DNA from: an uncultured virus (IMG/VR IMGVR_UViG_3300042691_036566)
Lineage: Duplodnaviria > Heunggongvirae > Uroviricota > Caudoviricetes
DNA: 64,000 nt
IMG/VR virus record: IMGVR_UViG_3300042691_036566
Span: 62,001-126,000 of that record
Strand: one strand, 5' to 3'
Made by a program: the position numbers and the translations under genes. The notes below the pieces were generated by a model that ran no database searches, was not told where the DNA came from, and saw nothing but the letters and a program-made list of their open reading frames with translations. Numbering within the stretch: the stretch's first letter is position 1; each line of letters starts with the position of its first letter. Of this stretch, positions 55,288 to 64,000 are shown piece after piece.

Positions 55288-56711
55288 TGTCTATCAAAAG
55301 ATATAATGCGGAAGCAGATACTACCATAACAAATGCTTATAAAGAAAATCTTGTCTATAGGGCAACTGGCTCAAATATGGGGGCTTCTGATTCTATGGAG
55401 GTATTTTCTTTATATGCTCAAGTTACAACCTCTTCTTTAGAATTATCAAGAGCACTAGTAAGATTCCCAGTATCAGATATTATATCCGATAGAGCTTCTG
55501 GAAAAATTCCAGCCTCTGGTAGCGTAAGTTTCTTTTTTAAATTATATAACGCACAACATCCATTCAGCCTTCCAAAAGATTATTATCTTTCTGTTTATCC
55601 GCTATCTCAATCGTGGGATGAAGGATATGGATTAGATATGGAAAATTATTCAGATCCAGGGTTTGGAGTTTATAATGGGTACGGGACTAACTGGATATAT
55701 GCAAAATCTGGATCTGCATGGGAAGGAACTGGTAGTTCTTTTATAACCCAAAGTTATGATATAAAACAACACTTTTTAAAAGGAAATGAAGATTTAGAAG
55801 TAGATGTAACAAACTTAGTAGAAAATTGGATAAGTGGTACATTAAATAATAATGGATTTTTAGTAAAATTATCTGGTTCTTACGAAGATGGAAGTAAGCG
55901 AAATAGTTATTATACAAAAAAATTCTTCTCAAGAGGAACTCAATATTTCTTTAAAAAACCAATAATAGAATGTAGATGGGAAGATGTAGTTAAAGACGAT
56001 AGGGGATCCTTTTATTCTACAAGCAGTCTTTTAAGTGATTCTGATAATACATATAATTTATATTTTTACAATAGATTTAATGGAAAATTAAAAAATATAA
56101 ATTCCAATCCTAATCTACAAATTAAATTATATTCAGACAGTAATTATACAAATCAAGTATCTGTTGTTTCTTCTTCTGTAAGTAATCCTTCTATTGGGGT
56201 TTATAAAGCAAGTATTAGAGTGTCTACTACTGCAAGTGCTTTATATGATAAATGGCATTTATCTGGTAACCAATCAGTAATATACTTTTCTAGTTCTTTT
56301 GATGTTAATCAATATAATGCACAAGATTTTTATTCAAATGAACAATATGTTTTTTCAATTACCAATATGAAAACTAAATACTCAAGTGGAGAAAATGTTA
56401 TATTTAGAATATTTAGTAGACTGAAAGATTGGGATCCAAACGTCTATAGTGTCTCAACAAGAAATATAGAAAATTCTGTTGTTAAAAATCTATTCTATAG
56501 AATATATAGAATAGATGATGGACTTGAAATAGTACCATACTCAACTGGCTCATTAGAATATACAAAAACCTCATATGACACAAATGGAAATTATTTTAAT
56601 TTTGACATGAATATTTTAGAGCCTGATTATTCTTATGGTTTACAATTAGCTAGGTGGGATGGAAACGTTTTAGAAGAATATAAGCAAGTATATAAATTTA
56701 GGGTTGAATAA
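55287..56711 (+). CDS. DNRLRE-like virion structural protein
   Basis: ADTTI..SRALVRF..SWDEGYG..DVTNLVENW..NNGFLVK. Confidence 0.7.
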   Translation: MSIKRYNAEADTTITNAYKENLVYRATGSNMGASDSMEVFSLYAQVTTSSLELSRALVRFPVSDIISDRASGKIPASGSVSFFFKLYNAQHPFSLPKDYYLSVYPLSQSWDEGYGLDMENYSDPGFGVYNGYGTNWIYAKSGSAWEGTGSSFITQSYDIKQHFLKGNEDLEVDVTNLVENWISGTLNNNGFLVKLSGSYEDGSKRNSYYTKKFFSRGTQYFFKKPIIECRWEDVVKDDRGSFYSTSSLLSDSDNTYNLYFYNRFNGKLKNINSNPNLQIKLYSDSNYTNQVSVVSSSVSNPSIGVYKASIRVSTTASALYDKWHLSGNQSVIYFSSSFDVNQYNAQDFYSNEQYVFSITNMKTKYSSGENVIFRIFSRLKDWDPNVYSVSTRNIENSVVKNLFYRIYRIDDGLEIVPYSTGSLEYTKTSYDTNGNYFNFDMNILEPDYSYGLQLARWDGNVLEEYKQVYKFRVE

Positions 56712-56713
56712 AA

Positions 56714-59700
56714 ATGAATCTAAAAGACTTATTAGAATTAAATAACAGCACTCAAAAAGAATCATTAGATAGTATAAATGAAAAACTCGGCTCTAAGGAA
56801 TACATGGAGCAAGCAGTTACTGAGAGGGAAAGAACCTACTATCCAGTAGACTACTCAACTGCTAGTTATTTTGCAAGGTATGGATCTGCAGAAAAATATT
56901 ATACAGATTCTATTAATAATATTTATTTAACTTATCCATATGATGGATCTAAAAAAGAAAGACAAGAGTGGAGAAATAATGCAACTGATCTAGATTTGCA
57001 TATTTTAGACAATTCTTATCCAAAAACAACTGGCTTTATTAATTTAGGTTCTTCATCTTGGAATTCTTACTATGTTTCTTCCACCACAACATCAAGACCT
57101 CAATATATAATATTTTATGGAAACTATAACTCTAGTTCTATTTTTACAAAAGCCGATAAAACGGAATCAGACATTAATTATAATCTTAATTTAGATGGTA
57201 GAAGAGGCAATACTATTGAATTTTGGTTTAAAAGAAATGGATCCCCAAGCAATATTCAAAGAGTATTTGATTTTTGGAATAATGTAACCGCTTCTAGTAG
57301 TGATTATGGAAGATTTGCTGGCTACTTTCAGGACAGTAATTTAGTTCTTACTTATAGATCTGGTTCATATGGATATGTTAATAGTGTTAAAACAATTTCT
57401 TCCGTAACTACACAGATAGATAGTTGGCATCATTACGCTATTTCAGTTATAAATAGCGGATCCAACTTAGTTACAAAAGTTTACTTAGATGGAGTATTAG
57501 TATCAACAAGTGCTTCAGCAGGACAAACTACAAATGGATTTTTATCATCTTCTTATAATATTACAGGTGTTCTGGGAAGTGGTATGTTATCTACACTTGG
57601 ACTAACACAGGGTCCAACTTTATATTCTGTATATGGCTCATTTGATGAATTTAGATTCTGGAATGAGGAAAGAGATGAATCTGACATTAGATTAAACATG
57701 TATTCTCATGTCGGAGGCGGTGTTAACAATGATGAAAATAATCAAAACTTAGGAGTTTACTATAAATTTAATGAAGGCACTACAGGAACTTCTAGTATAG
57801 ATTCAATATGTTTGGATTACTCAGGACATATCTGCAATGGAACAATAGTAAATTATTTTAATTCTTCTGATAGATCAACTGGTTCAGCTATGGAATTAGC
57901 TAATCCAAGCATTACTGAACCAAAAGATCCAATTATTTATGCAAATCACTCTGATGTTGTAAACTTATACTCTCTATATGAAACCACTGGTAGTGAGTAT
58001 GATGAAAATAATCCAAATATGCTTATAAATACAATTCCTTCTTGGATTGTTGAAGAAGAGCAAAGAGAAGGACGAGATGAAATTAAAAATTTGATGCAAA
58101 TTATTGGAAGTTATTTTGATAATTTGCATGTACAAATAGATAAATTAAAAACTCTTGGATATTCAGAATATCCTTCATTTGGAAGTGAAAAAGCACTACC
58201 TTTCTACGATAAAATTTTAACTTCATATGATTTCGATGTGTCGGATATTCTTTCAGACACCTCTTTATATGAATTATTGGATTCAAAAAATAAAAACTTA
58301 AATTTTGATGAAAAAGTACATGAAGTAAAAAATCAAATACTAAGAAATATATACAATAATTTAATTTATTTATATAAATCTAAGGGAACATCAAAATCAA
58401 TAAGAAATCTTCTAAGAACTTTTGGAATCGATGAAAAAATAGTAAAACCTAATATATATGCAAATAATTCAGAGTATTTGATAGAAGATAATTTGGAGCA
58501 AGAAACATATACAAGAAGATATGTTAATTTTAATAATACTTCAAGTTTCTCAGCTACTGTATTTCAATCAGCTTCTGTGTTTGGACAATCAGATGAAAGA
58601 GGATATCTAAGAATTTCTTCTTCTTTAAATAATTTTGAATTAGTGCCAAATACAATAGAAGCAGAAATATTTCTTCCTAAAAAATTTGAAGATGACTCAC
58701 CTCAATATTTTGAGTTTGGATACCTAACATCTTCTATATATGGTGTGTATCAAGCAGCTTCAGATGAAAGAGATCTTTCATTTCAATCCCCAGACAATTT
58801 TAATTTTCAAGTCTATGCTGTAAAAACTTCATATGAGAGTCCTCATATAAGATTTGTTTTAAGTTCTTCTGCTTTTGGAGGAAAATACTTAGAATCGCCA
58901 ATCATATATAATGCCTATAATGATGAAAGATGGAATTTAGCTGTTAGAATATTGCATCCAAAATATGAATTAGCTGACATTTCTTTTGCTTCAGCCAGTG
59001 AAGATTATAGATTAGAATTTTATGGCGTAAATACGGTTGCCGGCGATATAGTAAATTCTTTCTCTAGCTCCACAACAATAACTAACGCGACAGCAGTTTC
59101 TGCATTAAAAAACTTTAGAAGGTTATATGTTGGAGCAAATAGACAAAACTTTACAGGATCAGTTATAAATTATTCTGATGTTGGAGTGTTTTCTGTTAAG
59201 TATTGGCTAAATTACTTAGATAACACACAGATAAATAACCATGCATTAAACCCTGATCTTTATGGAATAAAAGATCCTGATGCCATAGCTTATAAAGGAA
59301 TCAATTCCCTAAGAACATTGAATATTACTAATTTGGATACATTAGTTCTTCATTGGAATTTTGATAATATTACAGGATCTAATTCTGGTGGTAATTTCTA
59401 CTCATACGATTTATCTTCTGGTAGTTTAAACGATAGAAGATATGGTGATTATAGTCAAAACTTATTTAAAAAACATAGTGCGAGGGGATACGGATTCCCA
59501 TCTAGTAATTCAGAAGTCGGTAAATCATATTATCTTTCATCAAATAAAAGTAAGCTACCAGAAATAATTTCTGGTGATGATATGATTCAAATAGTAAGCA
59601 ATGAAACTATTAGAACAAATAAAGATGTTAAGACAACTGATTATCAGATGATTTTTGAAAAAAGCATGTATCAAACAATTTCAGAAGATGCTATAAAATT

Positions 59701-62700
59701 ATTCTCTTCTGTAAATGATTTAAATACAATAATTGGTCACAAAATAAATAACTATTCAGATAACTATAAACAATTAGAATATTTTAGAACTCTATATTTT
59801 AACAAACTAGGTTCTACACCAGATCTAGAAAAATATATAGAATTCTATAAATGGATAGATTCTTCTATAATAGAAATGCTATCAAGACTAGTTCCAGCTT
59901 CAGCACAATCTAATAACTTTATATCAAATACAATAGAAAGCCATGTGATGGAAAGAAATAAAATCCGTCAATCTAGAGCTTTTTCTATGATAAGCAATCC
60001 TCCACAAAAAAGCATATTTATTTCTAGTCCAACATCTATCACAACAACAAATATTAATTATAGCGATATTAAACCACCTTCTTCTCCTTCTGGAAAAACA
60101 TGGGCAAAACAAAGAGCGAATAGAGTGACCGATGTTTCCTCTTCGAGTGGAGTTTTAGAAGTTGATGCAGATAGAGAACAGATCAGAAAGGCTTCATATC
60201 ATAAGAATATAAATACAATTTATAACGCATTTGATAAAAATTTAAATATAGCTTATAACAATTATGAAGATAAAGTTAGATTATTTTCAAATGCATTATC
60301 AGTGGTTTCAAGTGTTCATGACTTAAAACCAATGAATAAGTATAAATTTATAAAGAGTCTATATGCACAGGGAAATAATTTTAATATAATCTTCTCAGCC
60401 AGTGTCAATGAATCAACTGAAGATTTATCGCTATTGAAGCAAAAATTGTATACTTCAATAAGTGGGAATCTGGATGATCTATTTTCTTTAAACTCTGAAG
60501 GCATTTTACCTTTCAGTGTATTTAAAAATACATCAAATAATACAAATTATATTACTAATAACTTTTCTGATGCCTATACAGAAACAAGAGAAATTGGTTT
60601 ACAAGGACCATTTACCGATGCACATGTAGGCGGGAACTCTCATAGACATAATTCTATTAATCAAACTTTAGATAGAAAAGAATTATATCTGACAGATGGA
60701 TCTTCTTCTGTAGCACCAGCTGCATCGATTAATGGATTGTTATACAGAAATACAAGAATTAAAAGTCCGGTGAATATAAGAAATATTCAACATAATATTT
60801 CTAAAGAAGAACTTGGTAATTATAGTAAAGGATATGAAGTATTATCTTTAAATAGCAGATATGATACAAACACTGAATTGATTAACAGTGGAGCCATGAA
60901 CTATTCTTCTACTGCAAGTTCTAATAGTATATTTAGAGAAAAACAATTAAGAGAAAGAAAAGCAAATTCAACAGTTATAGTTAATAGATTCTCAACCCCT
61001 GGTGCAGAAACAAATGCAAGAGGAGCATTAGACGAAGATAGTGAAGAGTATAGTGTATATAACTCAATAAATAATAGAAACCAAAAAGTAAGAAAATATT
61101 TAAATGCTTGGCATTCAAATACTTCTAGTATTGATTCAAATTTTCCTTCTTTACACAAGGTAAATAAAAATGCTCTTTATCAAGCAGTTTTATCAGGTAC
61201 TTCAACAACCATAACCACTCAAGGAGTAGAATACGATAATCAATTTGTCCAGCACCAAATTCCTAGATCTGATAGAAATTATAGCTGGATTACAGCTTCT
61301 GTAACTGGTAATTTAGGGATTGGTGGTTATATAAACAGCCAAGCATCATCTAGTTTAGCCAACTATATAACTTTCTTAACAGGTGTCAATGAAACAATAG
61401 AGTCTATTTATGTAAAAAATAGAGATTCAATAGTTCAATATGGCCTAGAGATATATTTTAAACCAGATGGAAAAAGACTTTATGCTACTGCTGGCGGTGT
61501 GGCTGCAAATTCTACATTATGGCAATATGATCTTCAATATGCTTGGGATATAACAAGTATTATATCTACTGGGTCTATTAACATTGGAACTCTTTTAGGT
61601 GGAAGTGCTGCTGGTATATATCCTCAAGGAATTTGGATTAATCCCAATGGAAGAGAAATTTTTATACTAGATGAATACAACTCAAGAATAACAAAATCTT
61701 CTACTTTAGCAGCTGCAGATGCTTGGAACTTTTTAAAATTATCTACAGTTGCAGCACAAACGCTAGTTACTGGTTCTAACATGGGTAAGGGATTAGAGTT
61801 TAAACCAGATGGTACAAAGATGTACATAGCTAACAATGTAGATAAAAAAATATATCAATTTTCTTTAGCTACTCCGTTTACAATTAATGCTGGTGTTACT
61901 CGCGATAGCGCAGAAATTCATACATCTAGTAGTTTTGCAACAAGTCTTACTGGATGTGCTGTTTTAATGGGAAATCCTGACTCAATTAGATTTTCTTCTG
62001 ATGGAACAAAATTATATGTCAGTTCTGACGTTCAAGACGACGATCCATTGTTGTTACCAGACGGATTATATGAATTTACTCTTTCAACTGCTTGGGATAT
62101 ATCATCCGCAAGACTTACAAATAGAATAATTCAATATTCCAGCTTCACTAATTATGATATGACAGCAGCTGGTTTATATGTTAGAGATACAAGCGGTACA
62201 TTAGAAAATATCAGTTTCTATGTATATGATTTCCTTAATTCTCCGCCGAACATTTATAATGTAATCAAAAAAGTAGAACCAGTATCAGTAAGCAATATCT
62301 TTATGGGAAATACTAAAACATATGATAGATCATCTAATCTTGTATATTTAAATAATGAAGCATTAACTGATTTAAGCGGACCTAATAGAAATCCATATAG
62401 AGAATTTTTGTTAAATAATAACTCAGTTTATAGATATCCTTCTTGGAAACAGATAAGAAATAACGATAACAATTTAGTTAGATTAAACAAAAAAGAAAAT
62501 ATTATAACAGTTCAAGATAATGAAATATCTACACAGGATAGACAATCAAGTGGGTTTTTGAATACATTTAGCTCGTACAAAGAACCGCCTGTGCAGTATA
62601 ACTATCCTATTAAGCAAGTGATCCTAGATAAAACAAAAAACTCTATTTTAACAAATCAATATAAATTAGAAGAAAATAAAATATTTTATGAGCCATACAT

Positions 62701-64000
62701 GCTAAATGAATATGATAATATTTCTTCTTCATTCGCAAATGAAGGTCTTCAATTAAAACTAGACATTAAAGATGTGGAAATAAATAAACTAGACTATTCT
62801 AAATATAGATTTTTATATGAGAACAATTCTTCGTTTGAGCTAAAAAGAGCGGAACATAAGAAAAAAATATTCCCTTCTAAATTATATTCAACTCTTAGTA
62901 GAATAAGAAGTAAACCAAACTATGAATCAGATGGAACTACGGGATCAAATGGAAGAAATGGAAATATTGCTAATGTGAGAACTTTTTGGAAAGATAATAT
63001 ATTAAATAGAATAAGATCAACACATATTTCAACCAGTTCTTTTGGTGCTCTTGAATCAAGTTCTTATTCATCTTATTTTTCAGGATCTAACACTCTAAGA
63101 GGAAAAACTGTAAGATCAGATATAATTACAGCTTGTCATTATAATGATAATTGGTTAGCACATCCTAACCATTTATACTTAGTACACCCTCTAACTTCTT
63201 CTTTTGATACTTTCCACACTTCTAGTATTTTTGAATTAGATAAATCATTTAGTCCATTAATTACAAGAAGTGTTACGATAGGATCAAGATTAAGTCATAT
63301 TATGACTGGAAGTAATTATATATATGGAGAGTTGGTTCCATATACGGAATATGAGACATTATTTTCTGTATTATCAATGTCAAATAGTGAATTTATCCCA
63401 AGACCACAATTGTTCTTTATGAATCCAGGCCCAAAGTTTGTTACTGGAGGGGTTGAGTTTGTTTCATTTAATACAGGAACAACATATACAATGACTTCTA
63501 GTGGTAAAAAACCATTTTTTGATTCTTATCAAGATTTTTATGAAGATATTAAATATTCAGCATATGAATATTCTTACGTACCAGAATATAAATTTCATGA
63601 TGTTTCTGACTTTTATATAAAAGATAACAATGGTGATTTTAATGCTATATATACTTCTTCTTATTTATCTTTAGATGGAGCAGACGAAGAATTTATAAAT
63701 GTTACAGGCAATCTAAATTTAACCAACAACTTCCATTCTGATATTTTTGAAGAAATAGGTAATAAGAAATTAGAAATAACTATTGATGGTATCAAAAAGC
63801 TGTTGCCATATAAAGGATTTTATCCTTCAGAGAGATCTGTACAATTATTTTACCATTTTTGTAATTCATGGGTTGGGGATTCAACAGAAAGGGGAAGACA
63901 TACTGTATCATATGGAGCAACTGATTATCTCGGTCCAACATATAATCAACAGATGCTTTCCTTAACTCAACCTTTATTTTCACCTGGTATATTATTTAAT
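56714..64000 (+). CDS. giant tail/baseplate protein (>2400 aa, runs off window) with LamG-like and beta-propeller segments
   Basis: ATG 56714 MNLKDLL..; TIEFWF, WHHYAIS, FDEFRFWN, YYKFNEG; FKPDG repeats; same frame reads LTQPLFSPGILFN at the window end. Confidence 0.85.
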   Translation, partial: MNLKDLLELNNSTQKESLDSINEKLGSKEYMEQAVTERERTYYPVDYSTASYFARYGSAEKYYTDSINNIYLTYPYDGSKKERQEWRNNATDLDLHILDNSYPKTTGFINLGSSSWNSYYVSSTTTSRPQYIIFYGNYNSSSIFTKADKTESDINYNLNLDGRRGNTIEFWFKRNGSPSNIQRVFDFWNNVTASSSDYGRFAGYFQDSNLVLTYRSGSYGYVNSVKTISSVTTQIDSWHHYAISVINSGSNLVTKVYLDGVLVSTSASAGQTTNGFLSSSYNITGVLGSGMLSTLGLTQGPTLYSVYGSFDEFRFWNEERDESDIRLNMYSHVGGGVNNDENNQNLGVYYKFNEGTTGTSSIDSICLDYSGHICNGTIVNYFNSSDRSTGSAMELANPSITEPKDPIIYANHSDVVNLYSLYETTGSEYDENNPNMLINTIPSWIVEEEQREGRDEIKNLMQIIGSYFDNLHVQIDKLKTLGYSEYPSFGSEKALPFYDKILTSYDFDVSDILSDTSLYELLDSKNKNLNFDEKVHEVKNQILRNIYNNLIYLYKSKGTSKSIRNLLRTFGIDEKIVKPNIYANNSEYLIEDNLEQETYTRRYVNFNNTSSFSATVFQSASVFGQSDERGYLRISSSLNNFELVPNTIEAEIFLPKKFEDDSPQYFEFGYLTSSIYGVYQAASDERDLSFQSPDNFNFQVYAVKTSYESPHIRFVLSSSAFGGKYLESPIIYNAYNDERWNLAVRILHPKYELADISFASASEDYRLEFYGVNTVAGDIVNSFSSSTTITNATAVSALKNFRRLYVGANRQNFTGSVINYSDVGVFSVKYWLNYLDNTQINNHALNPDLYGIKDPDAIAYKGINSLRTLNITNLDTLVLHWNFDNITGSNSGGNFYSYDLSSGSLNDRRYGDYSQNLFKKHSARGYGFPSSNSEVGKSYYLSSNKSKLPEIISGDDMIQIVSNETIRTNKDVKTTDYQMIFEKSMYQTISEDAIKLFSSVNDLNTIIGHKINNYSDNYKQLEYFRTLYFNKLGSTPDLEKYIEFYKWIDSSIIEMLSRLVPASAQSNNFISNTIESHVMERNKIRQSRAFSMISNPPQKSIFISSPTSITTTNINYSDIKPPSSPSGKTWAKQRANRVTDVSSSSGVLEVDADREQIRKASYHKNINTIYNAFDKNLNIAYNNYEDKVRLFSNALSVVSSVHDLKPMNKYKFIKSLYAQGNNFNIIFSASVNESTEDLSLLKQKLYTSISGNLDDLFSLNSEGILPFSVFKNTSNNTNYITNNFSDAYTETREIGLQGPFTDAHVGGNSHRHNSINQTLDRKELYLTDGSSSVAPAASINGLLYRNTRIKSPVNIRNIQHNISKEELGNYSKGYEVLSLNSRYDTNTELINSGAMNYSSTASSNSIFREKQLRERKANSTVIVNRFSTPGAETNARGALDEDSEEYSVYNSINNRNQKVRKYLNAWHSNTSSIDSNFPSLHKVNKNALYQAVLSGTSTTITTQGVEYDNQFVQHQIPRSDRNYSWITASVTGNLGIGGYINSQASSSLANYITFLTGVNETIESIYVKNRDSIVQYGLEIYFKPDGKRLYATAGGVAANSTLWQYDLQYAWDITSIISTGSINIGTLLGGSAAGIYPQGIWINPNGREIFILDEYNSRITKSSTLAAADAWNFLKLSTVAAQTLVTGSNMGKGLEFKPDGTKMYIANNVDKKIYQFSLATPFTINAGVTRDSAEIHTSSSFATSLTGCAVLMGNPDSIRFSSDGTKLYVSSDVQDDDPLLLPDGLYEFTLSTAWDISSARLTNRIIQYSSFTNYDMTAAGLYVRDTSGTLENISFYVYDFLNSPPNIYNVIKKVEPVSVSNIFMGNTKTYDRSSNLVYLNNEALTDLSGPNRNPYREFLLNNNSVYRYPSWKQIRNNDNNLVRLNKKENIITVQDNEISTQDRQSSGFLNTFSSYKEPPVQYNYPIKQVILDKTKNSILTNQYKLEENKIFYEPYMLNEYDNISSSFANEGLQLKLDIKDVEINKLDYSKYRFLYENNSSFELKRAEHKKKIFPSKLYSTLSRIRSKPNYESDGTTGSNGRNGNIANVRTFWKDNILNRIRSTHISTSSFGALESSSYSSYFSGSNTLRGKTVRSDIITACHYNDNWLAHPNHLYLVHPLTSSFDTFHTSSIFELDKSFSPLITRSVTIGSRLSHIMTGSNYIYGELVPYTEYETLFSVLSMSNSEFIPRPQLFFMNPGPKFVTGGVEFVSFNTGTTYTMTSSGKKPFFDSYQDFYEDIKYSAYEYSYVPEYKFHDVSDFYIKDNNGDFNAIYTSSYLSLDGADEEFINVTGNLNLTNNFHSDIFEEIGNKKLEITIDGIKKLLPYKGFYPSERSVQLFYHFCNSWVGDSTERGRHTVSYGATDYLGPTYNQQMLSLTQPLFSPGILFN

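Noticed and set aside
440..63983. Minus-strand ORFs in the track (e.g. 3844-4506, 6451-6963, 33852-34163)
   Set aside because: All shadow better + strand genes or regulatory repeats and show no recognisable motifs
1..64000. Alternative genetic code or diversity-generating retroelement
   Set aside because: Known genes are intact under code 11; no reverse transcriptase or TR/VR pair seen

Overview
This 64-kb window looks like part of a large tailed (myovirus-like) bacteriophage genome. It uses the standard code and essentially every real gene is on the + strand. Layout: (1) 1-2.3 kb is a tandem array of short paralogous 'K(L/I)G(R/K)IYK' proteins interrupted by an HNH endonuclease. (2) 2.3-8.2 kb is a visibly GC-richer early-type region of tiny genes. 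It is organised by a repeated, rigidly spaced sigma70 promoter + leader-hairpin cassette, a covarying 3-copy hairpin motif and two paralogous winged-helix proteins. (3) 8.4-19.6 kb holds putative head-packaged/late proteins (two minimal kinases, a ligase-like/HIGH nucleotidyltransferase fusion, a metallopeptidase), nucleases and a GH19 endolysin. (4) 19.7-27.5 kb carries tmRNA, ClpP, tRNA-Gly, tRNA-Ala, a CxxCH protein, a SPOUT methylase, PIN-PhoH and a Cas4-like nuclease. (5) 27.5-41.9 kb is a glycan-biosynthesis island (gmd...fcl) containing split HldE domains and a RuBisCO-like protein. (6) 42.6-64 kb holds a gp55-like late sigma factor and baseplate/tail genes, ending in a >2400-aa ORF missing from the supplied track. 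No CRISPR array, rRNA, integrase or reverse transcriptase was seen. All calls come from reading motifs by eye; no searches were run.
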